The translations under genes and the position numbers were made by a program. Source: Bacteroidales bacterium (GTDB lineage: Bacteria; Bacteroidota; Bacteroidia; Bacteroidales; VadinHA17). Taken from it: 64,000 nucleotides of DNA. Numbering within the stretch: position 1 is the stretch's first letter; each line of letters begins with the position of its first letter. Below are positions 16,700 to 26,043 of the stretch, in pieces. The stretch covers positions 2,252 to 66,251 of the forward strand of contig JARGFQ010000010.1 of the NCBI GenBank assembly GCA_029210565.1, written 5' to 3'. The notes beneath the pieces were generated by a model. The model searched no databases, was not told the origin of the DNA, and saw only the letters and a list, made by a program, of their open reading frames with translations.

Positions 16700-17817
16700 T
16701 TTCCTCCCTCCCCGAGTCTTATCTTGAATTTCCCGGCACTAAGGCCTATAAAGAAGAGCGTCATGATAAGGAGTATCAGGGTCTCCTTCCAGATATATGC
16801 AAACCCTGCCCCTTTTATCATTATTGCACGAATGATCTCAACGAACCACCTGGGGGGCAGTACCATACTCACGTAATCATAAATCTTCGGCATATTCTCT
16901 ATCGGGAATATAAATCCCGACAGGAGGAGGCTGGGCAGCATAAGAGCCATAAAGGAGATGAAGATGGCGTTTTCCATCTTGTCTACCGATGCAGAAACAA
17001 GGATACCGATGGAGAGGCCCAGCAGTATATAGAGCATGCACTCGGCTATCAGCAGGGCTATGCTGCCTCTCACCGGCAGCCCGAAGACATACCAGGCCAT
17101 CAGCAGTATCACAATGACGTTCACCAGCGAGAGGAAGAAGTAGGGCGCCACCTTGCCGATGATTATCTGCCACGGCCTCAGGGGCGAGACCAGGAGCACC
17201 TCCATGGTGCCGAACTCCTTCTCGCGGACAATGGCCACGGAGGTCATCAGGGCGCTTATCAGGATGAGTATCAGGGTTATGACACCGGGGACGAACATGA
17301 AGTGGCTCTCGAGATTGGGATTGAAGTACATCCTTACCTCGGGGTTTATCACAGGAAGGGATGCGGTCAGCTGTTGTGTCAGCGCTGAGGAATAGTCGTT
17401 CAGTATCCCGGTGGTATACCCGGTAACCAGGCTGGCAGTGTTTGGCTCGGAGCCATCGGCAATGATCCCGACGGTGGCACTGCCCTCCCGTGTCAGGGCA
17501 GATGCCATCTTCTCCGGGAAGATGACCACTGCTTTTATCTTACCCTGTTTGAAAGTGGCATCAATCTCATCATAGGAGCTCAGGTGGTTACTTATGGTAA
17601 AGAAATCCGAGGCTTCCAGTTTCAGGGTCAAATCGTTGGAGACATCATCATGGGCATTGTCGAGCACAGCTATGGAGGCATTTTTCAAGTCCGTTCTCAC
17701 GGCATATCCGAAGATGAGTATCTGCGCTGCAGGTATCCCGAAAAGGATTATCAGTGTCCGGTAATCGCGGAAGATATGGAGGAACTCCTTCTTTACAAAT
17801 GCCATGAACCTCTTCAT
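16696..17817 (-). CDS. ABC-2 type transporter permease
   Basis: Same architecture as 15557..16699. Starts MKRFMAFVKKEFLHIFRDYRTL. Overlaps the ATPase gene by 4 bp. Confidence 0.85.
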   Translation of the reverse strand: MKRFMAFVKKEFLHIFRDYRTLIILFGIPAAQILIFGYAVRTDLKNASIAVLDNAHDDVSNDLTLKLEASDFFTISNHLSSYDEIDATFKQGKIKAVVIFPEKMASALTREGSATVGIIADGSEPNTASLVTGYTTGILNDYSSALTQQLTASLPVINPEVRMYFNPNLESHFMFVPGVITLILILISALMTSVAIVREKEFGTMEVLLVSPLRPWQIIIGKVAPYFFLSLVNVIVILLMAWYVFGLPVRGSIALLIAECMLYILLGLSIGILVSASVDKMENAIFISFMALMLPSLLLSGFIFPIENMPKIYDYVSMVLPPRWFVEIIRAIMIKGAGFAYIWKETLILLIMTLFFIGLSAGKFKIRLGEGGK

Positions 17818-18557
17818 GCTGTCTCTGTTTTGGGTCTGGCTATCTTCACAAAGAGCTCCTCTATGGTGGCGGTGTTGTATCGGCCGCGCAGGGCAGCCGG
17901 GGAATCCAGGGCGACTATCCTGCCTTCGCTCATGATGGTAACGCGGTCACAGTATTCGGCCTCGTCCATGTAATGGGTGGTAACGAAAACAGTTATTCCG
18001 CGTGATGCCGTCTCGTAGATCATCTCCCAGAACTGGCGCCGTGTGATAGGGTCCACTCCGCTGGTGGGTTCGTCGAGAAAGACAATCTCAGGATCATGGA
18101 AGACAGCCACGGCGAAGGCAAGCTTCTGCTTAAGTCCCAGCGGCAGTGATCCGATAAGCATCTCACCGTACTGCGAGAAGCTGAGTCTTGTGAGCAACTC
18201 CTCCCTGCGCTGACGTATCTCCTTCATGGTCATGCCGTAGATGCCTCCGTAGAGTTCGATGTTTTCATTCACTGTGAGGTCATCATAGAGGGAGAAGCGT
18301 TGAGACATGTAGCCAATGCGTTTTTTTATCTCCTCGGGACGGCCTGCATCTATGCCAGCCACTGTCATCTTTCCGGAGGTGGGGTGCGAGAGACCGCAGA
18401 GAATGCGTATGGCTGTAGTCTTGCCTGCCCCGTTGGCACCGAGGAAGCCGAATATCTCACCCTTATAGACGTCAAAGGTCAGGTGGTCGTTGGCAACGAA
18501 CGACCCGAACCTTTTCACAAGCCCTTCCACCTCTATTACCTTTTTTATCTCTGTCAT
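17814..18557 (-). CDS. ABC transporter ATP-binding protein
   Basis: Walker A GANGAGKTT, signature LPLGLKQKL, Walker B VFLDEPTSGVD. Confidence 0.9.
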   Translation of the reverse strand: MTEIKKVIEVEGLVKRFGSFVANDHLTFDVYKGEIFGFLGANGAGKTTAIRILCGLSHPTSGKMTVAGIDAGRPEEIKKRIGYMSQRFSLYDDLTVNENIELYGGIYGMTMKEIRQRREELLTRLSFSQYGEMLIGSLPLGLKQKLAFAVAVFHDPEIVFLDEPTSGVDPITRRQFWEMIYETASRGITVFVTTHYMDEAEYCDRVTIMSEGRIVALDSPAALRGRYNTATIEELFVKIARPKTETA

Positions 18558-19465
18558 GCCTCTCGCTTCATCAGTTCAAGGAAGATGTCTTCAATGCCGG
18601 GGACGATTTCTGTTGCTGTTACGCCTGCCAGGCCCTTTGCCTCCAATTCGCGGACAAGTTGTTCCAAAGTTGTGTCGGGGTGGAGTGATACGTGCATGGC
18701 ATCGCCGAAGGGTTCCCTGCTCAGGACACCGGGAACAGATTTCAGGGCCAGGAGCAGCTCGTATTTTTTTTGATGACGGACTGCGAAGATTCTGTGGCTG
18801 CAGGATTGGCGGATGTTGCCCGGGGTGTCTATATCAAGGAGTTTACCGTTTTGGATGAGTGCGATGCGGTCGCAGCGCGGGGCTTCGTCCATGTAGGGTG
18901 TGGATACGATGATAGTGATCCCCTCGCTCTTCAGCCGGGCAAGCATCTCCCAGAACTCGGTGCGTGAGACGGCATCCACGCCGGTGGTGGGCTCATCAAG
19001 GATGAGTATCCTGGGTTTGTGGATCAGCGCGCATGAGAGGGCAAGCTTCTGCTTCATGCCGCCGGACAGGCGCCCTGCCTGTCTCTTCCTGAAAGGCTCT
19101 ATCCGTTTGTATATAGGCTCAATAAGGTGATAGTTTTCTTTTATTGTTGTACCGAAGATGGTGGCATAGAAGTTAAGGTTCTCCTCCACGGTGAGATTCT
19201 GATAGAGGCTGAAGCGGCCGGGCATGTATCCTATGTGGTTGCGCAGCTCCCGGTAACGGCTGACAGTGTTGAGACCGAAGAGCGTCATGCGGCCGCCTGC
19301 AGGTATGAAGAGGGTGGCGGCGATGCGAAAGAGGGTGGTCTTGCCGGCGCCGTCAGGACCTATGAAGCCGAACAACTCGCCCTCATTGACGTTGAAGGAG
19401 ATATCGTCGATGGCGGTTACCCTGCCGTACCTGTGAGTAATATTCAGTGCCTCAACAGCTGTCAT
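18554..19465 (-). CDS. ABC transporter ATP-binding protein
   Basis: Walker A GPDGAGKTT, signature LSGGMKQKL, Walker B LILDEPTTGVD. Confidence 0.9.
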   Translation of the reverse strand: MTAVEALNITHRYGRVTAIDDISFNVNEGELFGFIGPDGAGKTTLFRIAATLFIPAGGRMTLFGLNTVSRYRELRNHIGYMPGRFSLYQNLTVEENLNFYATIFGTTIKENYHLIEPIYKRIEPFRKRQAGRLSGGMKQKLALSCALIHKPRILILDEPTTGVDAVSRTEFWEMLARLKSEGITIIVSTPYMDEAPRCDRIALIQNGKLLDIDTPGNIRQSCSHRIFAVRHQKKYELLLALKSVPGVLSREPFGDAMHVSLHPDTTLEQLVRELEAKGLAGVTATEIVPGIEDIFLELMKREA

Positions 19466-19466
19466 C

Positions 19467-20345
19467 TCATTGAAATATTGCCTCGCCGGGCATGCCTGCC
19501 TTTATGGAGCCGTCGTTGGACACCTCAATGGTGACGGCATAGACTAGGTTAACGCGCTCCTCCTTTGTCTGGATGATCTTCGGGGTGAACTCGGCCTTTT
19601 CAGCTATGTGTGTGACGGTGCCGTCAAAGTTTCTGAATCCCTTCCCGCCGTCGTCAATGCGGACGGTGCATGTCGCGCCGGCCTTCACGTCGGCCAGCTG
19701 TGCTCCGCTGACCCATACCTTCAGCTTCATGCTCTTCATGTCGGCAATCTTCACCAGCGGTTTGCCGGCTGCGGTGACCTCGTATGCCGAGGCATATTTC
19801 TGTATTACCGTGGCGTCGAACGGAGCGCGCACCGTGCTGCGGGCTATCTGCTCATTGAGGAGGGCACGTTTGGCTTCTATACCCTGCATATCTGCCGCCA
19901 CGGCACGGCGCTGGGTGTTGTTGGCCTCTGCCTGGCGACGCAGCACCTCCATCTGCCCGGTGAGGTCGTCGAGCTGCTTCTGCGTGGCGGCGCCGTCAAC
20001 GTGCATGCGGCGCGTGCGTTCGAGGTTGATGCTCAGGTTGGCGATCTGCTGCTGTATTACGGCATCCTGCGCCGCAATGCCCGCCAGGCGCGCCTGCGCC
20101 TGCGCCGTCACCGCGTTAAGCTCTGCCCGCTGCAGCACCGCCATGGTGGTGTCGGTGACGGCGATGACGTCGCCGCCGGCCACCAGGCTGCCCTCGTTGA
20201 CATCCAGGAAGATGATCCTGCCCGATGACTCGGAAGAGATAGTGACCTCGTCGGCCTCAAAGGTGCCCCAGGCATCAGCGTCACTCTCACCGCGGCAGCA
20301 GCCGCAGACAAGGAGAATTAATGCCGGTATAAGTAACTTTTTCAT
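19467..20345 (-). CDS. HlyD-family periplasmic adaptor (membrane fusion protein)
   Basis: Lipoprotein-like N-terminus MKKLLIPALILLVCGCC, a coiled-coil central region and a beta-barrel C-terminus ..AGMPGEAIFQ. Located between the TolC-like and ABC genes. Confidence 0.85.
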   Translation of the reverse strand: MKKLLIPALILLVCGCCRGESDADAWGTFEADEVTISSESSGRIIFLDVNEGSLVAGGDVIAVTDTTMAVLQRAELNAVTAQAQARLAGIAAQDAVIQQQIANLSINLERTRRMHVDGAATQKQLDDLTGQMEVLRRQAEANNTQRRAVAADMQGIEAKRALLNEQIARSTVRAPFDATVIQKYASAYEVTAAGKPLVKIADMKSMKLKVWVSGAQLADVKAGATCTVRIDDGGKGFRNFDGTVTHIAEKAEFTPKIIQTKEERVNLVYAVTIEVSNDGSIKAGMPGEAIFQ

Positions 20346-20450
20346 ATGGGTGTATTTATTTCTATGGTCTGACAGAACCGCACCTGATTGCAGGAAGATT
20401 GTAAATGCTCATTTAATACTCCGGGTCAATCATGAACGGTCCAAAGAAAT

Positions 20451-21923
20451 TTATTCATTGTATCCTGTGATGTGCATATATTCGGTCTCCGCCCTGGCGA
20501 GGCTGATCTTGCGAGCGGCAGCAGTGATGATTGCCTGCTTTTCGCTGTTGAGCTCGGTCATGTACTGAGAGGCAGTGATTACCCCGTTCTCAAGCTGGGA
20601 GGCGGCGGTGGCGGTAATCCTTTTGCGTATGGTTATCAGCTCCTCATCGAGGGCAGCAGCTTTACGCAATGATTCTATGTCAGCCATTTTGAGGGTCAGC
20701 AGCCGCTGCAATGCCTCTTCCGCCACACTCTTTCTTACCTCCAGGAGCTGCTGCTGCAGTGTGAGCGACCTGCGGTCATTGCTGTTTTTGTTCCAGTCGA
20801 AGATCTTCCATTTGACGCCGGCACCGAGAGAATAGTAAAAGTCTGCGTTGTCTGAGAGAAAATTGTTGCCTGGGGGATTACCGTAGCCTGCCTGGGCGTA
20901 ACCGAAGAGCCTGGGCATCCGCTGGCTCTTCAGCAGGTTCTTTGAAAGCTTCAGTTGCCGGTTGCGGGTCTCAAAGAGACGTAGATCGGGGTTATTTTTC
21001 AGGTCGCTGCCGGTGATGACCTGTTCCGGAAGAATCAGCTCCGCATTCACCAGTTCCGTCATGCCGGTGATCTGTTCCAGTGCCTCTGCCAGTGACTTCT
21101 GGCGGAATATCAGCTCGAGCACTGACTGCTCCGCCTTTATGGTTTCAGCCTTCAGCACGTCGAGAGTTACCGACGGCACAACCCCGTTTTCCACTCCGGA
21201 GGCGATCTCTTTGGTCCGCGTCATGAGCTCCTTGATGAGAGCAAAGGTGACCTCGATCTGGCTCCTTATCAGGAGGATCTGGAAAAAGTAGTTATTAACC
21301 TGCTCCCTGAGCCGGTATATGTCAGCCTCGTTCTGTTGCAAGTTGAGTTCCCTGACCACCTGTTCCACGGCCCTGGCGTTGCGTGTCACGCCGCCGTCCC
21401 ATATCATCTGTCCCAGATCAAGTGTAGCCCTGTACTGCTCGTGAGGTATTGCCGGCAGCGAGCCCGGTGGCAGGGGGACGGAGCCCAGCATTTCGGAGAG
21501 ATCCACCACGTCGGACTGCCAGGCGAAGGTGCCGTTCAGGTCGAGCGACGGCAGCCATGTGACATCCAGGTTCTGCTCACGGAGGCGGGTCATCTGTGAA
21601 TAGAGTTTACGCTCACCTGCCAGGGGTGTCGCTGCAGCGGCAGAGTCATAGCACTGCTGCAGGGTGATGATCTTCTTTGCCCGGCCAGCGCTGCTCTGCT
21701 GTGCTTGCAGAGTGGCGGAACTCTCATGCGCCCGGCCGACGGCGCTGCTCTGCTGTGGCTGCAGGGTGGCGGAACTCTCATGTGCCCGGCCGACGGCGCT
21801 GCTCTGCTGTGCTTGCAGAGTGGCGGAACTCTCATGCGCCCTGTCACCGGCGGAGATCTTCTGGGCCCGGCCGGCGGTCAACAGGATAGACAGCAGCCAG
21901 AGAACAACAAATATCCTTTTCAT
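20451..21923 (-). CDS. TolC-family outer-membrane efflux protein with an N-terminal tandem-repeat linker
   Basis: Signal peptide MKRIFVVLWLLSILLTAGRAQ, then 3 copies of GRAHESSATLQAQQSSAV, then a two-repeat OEP/TolC architecture. Confidence 0.85.
   Translation of the reverse strand: MKRIFVVLWLLSILLTAGRAQKISAGDRAHESSATLQAQQSSAVGRAHESSATLQPQQSSAVGRAHESSATLQAQQSSAGRAKKIITLQQCYDSAAAATPLAGERKLYSQMTRLREQNLDVTWLPSLDLNGTFAWQSDVVDLSEMLGSVPLPPGSLPAIPHEQYRATLDLGQMIWDGGVTRNARAVEQVVRELNLQQNEADIYRLREQVNNYFFQILLIRSQIEVTFALIKELMTRTKEIASGVENGVVPSVTLDVLKAETIKAEQSVLELIFRQKSLAEALEQITGMTELVNAELILPEQVITGSDLKNNPDLRLFETRNRQLKLSKNLLKSQRMPRLFGYAQAGYGNPPGNNFLSDNADFYYSLGAGVKWKIFDWNKNSNDRRSLTLQQQLLEVRKSVAEEALQRLLTLKMADIESLRKAAALDEELITIRKRITATAASQLENGVITASQYMTELNSEKQAIITAAARKISLARAETEYMHITGYNE
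21679..21837 (-). repeat. three tandem 51/54/54-nt in-frame repeats inside the TolC-like gene
   Basis: Units at 21679..21729, 21730..21783 and 21784..21837, differing at a few positions. They encode (V)GRAHESSATLQ(A/P)QQSSA right after the signal peptide. Confidence 0.9.
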
Positions 21924-22555
21924 TTCTTGCGGTTTTTCAGGGCGGTCATGACAAACCCGGCAGCAAAATCCTTCCTCCCCTGCATGAAGGCGTTGAACTT
22001 CCTGCTGTCATTCAGCTGCGGCATCATGATCGCTATCATGTCGCGTGCCGCAACGGGGAAGACCGACATTCCCACTATTGTGATCATCAGCTGTGGCATA
22101 TCGCTTTTCTTAATACCGTAACCCTTGAGTTCCTTGGAGTGCTTCTCGTAAATGAGGTCACGAATCTGTGAATACTGGAGCGTCTCCCTCAGTCCTTCCG
22201 CCAGCGCCGGGTTACGTGATATCTCATTCAGAAGGAATAAGGGGAGCTTGGGATTCCTGATGAGGAATTCAATATGCTCGTCGAGAAACCTGCGCATCTT
22301 CTCCTTGAAGGTAGCCTCCTCCATGAAAATGGAGAGGATCTTTTCGAACATCTTCTTTAGCAGCACATGGAAGACAGCCATAAAGAGCTGGTCTTTGGTC
22401 CGGAAATAGTAGTGAAGAAGTGCCTTGTTGATCCCTGCCCGGTCAGCTATCACCTGCATGCGGGCCCCCGCATAACCCTTTTCTTCAAATACTTCCGTGG
22501 CGGCATCAAAGATCTTCGACTGGGTCTGGCCAATCAATTTCCTTTTCTTAACCAT
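21920..22555 (-). CDS. TetR/AcrR family transcriptional regulator
   Basis: N-terminal HTH IFDAATEVFEEKGYAGARMQVIADRAGINKALLHYYFRTKDQLF. First gene of the efflux operon. Confidence 0.9.
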   Translation of the reverse strand: MVKKRKLIGQTQSKIFDAATEVFEEKGYAGARMQVIADRAGINKALLHYYFRTKDQLFMAVFHVLLKKMFEKILSIFMEEATFKEKMRRFLDEHIEFLIRNPKLPLFLLNEISRNPALAEGLRETLQYSQIRDLIYEKHSKELKGYGIKKSDMPQLMITIVGMSVFPVAARDMIAIMMPQLNDSRKFNAFMQGRKDFAAGFVMTALKNRKK

Positions 22556-22558
22556 ATA

Positions 22559-22579
22559 GATTAACTAATTAGATTAATC
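22559..22579. promoter_or_regulatory. inverted repeat GATTAA-N9-TTAATC abutting the tetR start; candidate TetR operator
   Basis: GATTAACTAATTAGATTAATC, with an internal CTAATTAG palindrome, lies 4 bp upstream of the TetR ATG (22555, minus strand). Confidence 0.4.
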
Positions 22580-22676
22580 ATTTAATTTAACCAAATAGTC
22601 AAAATTAAATACATTTTTTTTAAACGGCAAGCTTTATTTTGATTTTTTTATTGGGGTGTAGAAGGGGCTGATTATT

Positions 22677-22811
22677 GGCAAACCGGATCAGGCTCTTCCC
22701 GGCTGCAAGGAGATCGACCCCGGCAAACCGGATCAGGCACTGCCCGGTTGCAAGGAGATCGACCCCGGCAAACCGGATCAGGCTCTGCCCCTCTGCAACA
22801 GGTCGTCACCG
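22677..22811. repeat. 2 full 45-bp tandem repeat copies plus a diverged third, directly upstream of crcB
   Basis: GGCAAACCGGATCAGGCTCTTCCCGGCTGCAAGGAGATCGACCCC (22677..22721). The second copy (22722..22766) has 3 substitutions. The third copy diverges after ~25 nt. Confidence 0.9.
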
Positions 22812-22878
22812 GGATACCGTGGCGTGTTAATCCTCCTTCTATTTTAAAGATGTACATTTGCCGGAGAATTATTCGTGA

Positions 22879-23256
22879 ATGCTCAAAAACTTACTGATCA
22901 TAGGTTCGGGCGGTTTCCTGGGTAGCGTAGCACGATACCTGGTGTCGCAGCTTAACCTTACCGTAAACTTCCATTCCATTCCGGCAGGCACCCTGCTTGT
23001 AAACATAACGGGCTGCCTGGTAATAGGGTTTCTTACAGGCATCGCAGAAAAAAGCCTCATACTGACACCGGAGTGGAGGCTTTTCCTGATGGTGGGTCTC
23101 TGCGGCGGCTTCACCACCTTCTCTGCATTTGCCAATGAGAATTTGATGCTGATCCATAACGGCCAGATGATGGCCGTACTGCTTTACACAGGGTTGAGCA
23201 TCTTTCTCGGATTTGTTGCCGTTTATCTGGGTTACACATTGACTAATTTGTTTTGA
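22879..23256 (+). CDS. crcB: fluoride ion channel CrcB/FluC
   Basis: 125 aa with 4 TM helices. GGFLGSVARYL near the N-terminus and GLCGGFTTFSAF. Confidence 0.9.
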   Translation: MLKNLLIIGSGGFLGSVARYLVSQLNLTVNFHSIPAGTLLVNITGCLVIGFLTGIAEKSLILTPEWRLFLMVGLCGGFTTFSAFANENLMLIHNGQMMAVLLYTGLSIFLGFVAVYLGYTLTNLF

Positions 23257-23258
23257 CC

Positions 23259-23618
23259 ATGGAAAAGAGTTCCCATTCCGTCATGAGGGTATATGCCAGT
23301 ACAACAGACAGACTTGGCTCACAGTTATTGTATGAAGCCATCGTCTACAGGGCCAGGGAAGAGGGAATCTCTGGTGCCACAGTCTACCGGGGAGTGATGG
23401 GTTACGGACTGAGCAGCCATATACATACCTCAAAATTCTGGGAGCTGACAGAAAAGCTGCCCGTTGTTATCGAGATGATTGACCGCACCGAAAAGATAGA
23501 GGAATTCTATAACCTGATCTCTTCCGGGCTCTCTGACCTCCCGAAGGGATGCCTCGTGACTATCAGCCCGACCGAGGTTAAACTCCATAAATTCGGAGAG
23601 AAGTCGCGGCAAAACTGA
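23259..23618 (+). CDS. DUF190 (PII-like) protein commonly linked to crcB
   Basis: MRVYASTTDR..LLYEAIVYRAREEGISGATVYRGVMGYG. Immediately follows crcB. Confidence 0.7.
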   Translation: MEKSSHSVMRVYASTTDRLGSQLLYEAIVYRAREEGISGATVYRGVMGYGLSSHIHTSKFWELTEKLPVVIEMIDRTEKIEEFYNLISSGLSDLPKGCLVTISPTEVKLHKFGEKSRQN

Positions 23619-23715
23619 CCCCCGCAACATTTTTTTTTAAAAAAACCGAAAAACATTTGGAAGTTAATGTTATTTATATCTAACTTTGTGTTAGAAATAA
23701 TTAACACTGATAATC

Positions 23716-24114
23716 ATGAAAAGAGTATGGATCGCATTTGCAATTGCTTTATTGGTTCTTACCGCGACAGCTATCTGGTTCTTCGGAACGGAGAATCACA
23801 AAATCGGTTTTGAGATTGTTTCCTTCGGAGTAATTATTGTCCTTGTCGGTCTGGGACTTGTCTTAGCATTCCGCAGGCTCTCCTCTGCAAAAAGGGGTGA
23901 GCCGCATGAGGATGAGCTCTCAAAGAAGATAATGCAGAAAACAGCGGCATGGTCGTATTACATCTCTCTCTATATGTGGGTCTTCATGATCTGGCTGAAG
24001 GACAGGGTCACGCTGGATACCGAACAGGTTCTTAGTGCCGGCATTCTGTCAATGGCAGTCATATGGTTTATCTGCTGGATTGTAATAAGATTAAGAGGCA
24101 TCCGCCATGAATAA
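23716..24114 (+). CDS. hypothetical 4-TM membrane protein
   Basis: Hydrophobic helices. Overlaps the downstream XRE regulator by 8 bp. A TAACTTTG -7 box lies at 23681..23688. Confidence 0.6.
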   Translation: MKRVWIAFAIALLVLTATAIWFFGTENHKIGFEIVSFGVIIVLVGLGLVLAFRRLSSAKRGEPHEDELSKKIMQKTAAWSYYISLYMWVFMIWLKDRVTLDTEQVLSAGILSMAVIWFICWIVIRLRGIRHE

Positions 24115-24298
24115 CCGCATCAAAGAGTACCGGGCGAGGTACAACCTGACACAGGATGACCTGGCAAAGAAGGTTAATGTGAGGCGTGAAACAATAGTCT
24201 TCCTGGAGAAGAACAAGTACAATCCGTCGCTGAAGCTGGCACATGATATCGCATCTGTATTTGGAGTGCCGATAGAGGAGATCTTTATATTTGACTGA
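24107..24298 (+). CDS. small XRE-family helix-turn-helix transcriptional regulator
   Basis: 63 aa. [56 protein letters not shown]. Confidence 0.85.
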   Translation: MNNRIKEYRARYNLTQDDLAKKVNVRRETIVFLEKNKYNPSLKLAHDIASVFGVPIEEIFIFD

Positions 24299-24419
24299 GA
24301 GAAGTCCGGGTGGCGAATAATCAGGTTCTCTTTTTCCTTTTCCTCTTGCACTTTTCAGTTGCAGTTCATAAATTTATGGTGCATTTCCTCTTTTATTGTG
24401 CAACATAAATTTGCGAGCC

Positions 24420-25958
24420 ATGCTGGTTAAGACCTTCAGCGCTGCGGTGTTCGGCATCGAGGCAGTACCGGTAACCATAGAGGTAGAGGTTACACGCGGT
24501 GTACGCTATATGCTTGTGGGGCTGCCTGACGCTGCCGTGAAGGAGAGTCAGCAGCGCATTGAGTCGGCTTTCCGGGCGGTGGGACTCCACTGGCCCGGCC
24601 GGCAGGTGATCATCAACATGGCACCTGCCGACATACGCAAGGAGGGATCCTCATATGACCTCCCGCTAGCCGTTGGCATCCTTGCTGCGGCGGAGACGAT
24701 AGGCGCCGGAGGTCTCGAGGGAGTGATGCTTACCGGTGAGCTCTCCCTCGACGGCGCCGTGAAGCCCGTCAGGGGGGTACTGCCCATGGCGCTCCAGGCA
24801 CGGGCCAAAGGCTTCCGTGGCATGATGGTGCCGGCGGAGAATGCACAGGAGGGGGCAGTGGTTGAGGGTCTGGATGTCTTCGGCGTCACCAGCCTGGGGG
24901 AGGTGCTCGACTATATGCGCGGCGAAAAACGCCTGACACCCCTGAAGATGGACCTCCACTCCCTCTTCACCCGTGAAGGAAACATCTATGACATTGATTT
25001 TGCGGATGTCAGGGGGCAGGAGACCGTCAAGCGGGCCCTGGAGGTTGCCGTCGCCGGCTCACACAATGCAGTCATGATTGGTCCTCCCGGCTCCGGTAAG
25101 ACGATGCTGGCGAGGCGGCTGCCCGGAATACTGCCACCCCTAACACTAGAAGAGGCGCTGGAGACAACCAGGATTCATTCGGTGGCCGGTAAGATCGACA
25201 GTCATCTCTCACTGATGACCCGCCGTCCCTTCAGAAGTCCCCACCATACCAGCTCGGACATCGCCATGGTCGGCGGAGGAAGCGTGCCCCAGCCAGGGGA
25301 GATCAGCCTGGCACATAACGGTGTGCTCTTCCTCGATGAACTGCCGGAGTTCAAACGCAGCGTGCTGGAGGTGCTGCGCCAGCCGCTGGAGGACCGTATC
25401 ATCACCATCGCCAGGGCCAGGCTGAGCTGCGACTTTCCGGCCTCATTCATGCTCATTGCAAGCATGAACCCCTGCCCCTGCGGCTATCATAACCACCCGG
25501 AGAAGGAGTGTACCTGTGCCCCCGGGATGGTGCAGAGATACCTGAGCCGCATCTCGGGACCGCTGCTGGACCGTATTGACATTCATATAGAGGTTGTGCC
25601 GGTAAACTATGAAAATCTTGCCGCCACAACACCCGCAGAGTCCTCTGCCGCAGTGCGTGAGCGGGTCGTCATAGCCCGGGAGATACAGGCAAAACGCTTT
25701 TCCGGTCACGACGGCATCTACTGCAACGCTCAGATGACCTCCGCCATGTTACGCAGACACTGCCACCTCGACGATGCCGGCGGAAGACTGCTGAGGGCCG
25801 CCATGGAAATGAGAGGATTGTCCGGTAGAGCCTATGACAGAATACTTAAGGTCTCGCGTACCATAGCCGACCTGGATGAGTCGGAGACCATCAGACCCGA
25901 CCACATCTCCGAGGCTATCAACTACCGTAGCCTCGACAGGGAGGGATGGGCCGGATAA
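24420..25958 (+). CDS. YifB/ComM family Mg-chelatase-like AAA+ ATPase
   Basis: Lon-like N-terminal domain. Walker [19 protein letters not shown], a Cys cluster NPCPCGY...C.C, and a C-terminal ChlI-like domain. Confidence 0.9.
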   Translation: MLVKTFSAAVFGIEAVPVTIEVEVTRGVRYMLVGLPDAAVKESQQRIESAFRAVGLHWPGRQVIINMAPADIRKEGSSYDLPLAVGILAAAETIGAGGLEGVMLTGELSLDGAVKPVRGVLPMALQARAKGFRGMMVPAENAQEGAVVEGLDVFGVTSLGEVLDYMRGEKRLTPLKMDLHSLFTREGNIYDIDFADVRGQETVKRALEVAVAGSHNAVMIGPPGSGKTMLARRLPGILPPLTLEEALETTRIHSVAGKIDSHLSLMTRRPFRSPHHTSSDIAMVGGGSVPQPGEISLAHNGVLFLDELPEFKRSVLEVLRQPLEDRIITIARARLSCDFPASFMLIASMNPCPCGYHNHPEKECTCAPGMVQRYLSRISGPLLDRIDIHIEVVPVNYENLAATTPAESSAAVRERVVIAREIQAKRFSGHDGIYCNAQMTSAMLRRHCHLDDAGGRLLRAAMEMRGLSGRAYDRILKVSRTIADLDESETIRPDHISEAINYRSLDREGWAG

Positions 25959-26043
25959 AAATCAGCCTGTTGTTTTATTACATCTATCTTTTTGCTTAAT
26001 TTGTGACCGGGGAATAGTACCATTTCAATACTGGTCGGAAAGT

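Noticed and set aside
19573-20568. 331-aa and 206-aa plus-strand ORFs antisense to the HlyD adaptor gene
   Set aside because: The sequence is Ala/Ser/Cys/Arg-rich and low-complexity, opposite a well-supported membrane-fusion protein gene inside a tightly coupled operon.
21590-22121. Several 70-138-aa ORFs on both strands across the TolC repeat region
   Set aside because: They are generated by the 54-nt repeats in alternative frames. The TolC-like frame is the only one continuous with a signal peptide and a recognisable domain.
22677-22811. CRISPR array interpretation of the 45-bp tandem repeats
   Set aside because: The units are directly abutting with no unique spacers. There are only two full copies plus a diverged third. 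No cas genes are present in the window.
22672-22857. 61-aa minus-strand ORF (..PDPVCRGRSPC.. repeated) within the repeats
   Set aside because: The reading frame is simply a by-product of the tandem DNA repeat. It has no start context or RBS-like or promoter signal, and the sequence is low-complexity.
22800-22878. Canonical fluoride (crcB-motif) riboswitch directly upstream of crcB
   Set aside because: A hairpin plus an AATCCTCC tail loosely mimics the P3/pseudoknot part. I cannot find the conserved 5' half: the P1 stem with a GAUGG-type loop and the AAC linker. The spacing is also wrong. I kept it only as a hypothesis inside the repeat finding; cmsearch with RF01734 is needed.
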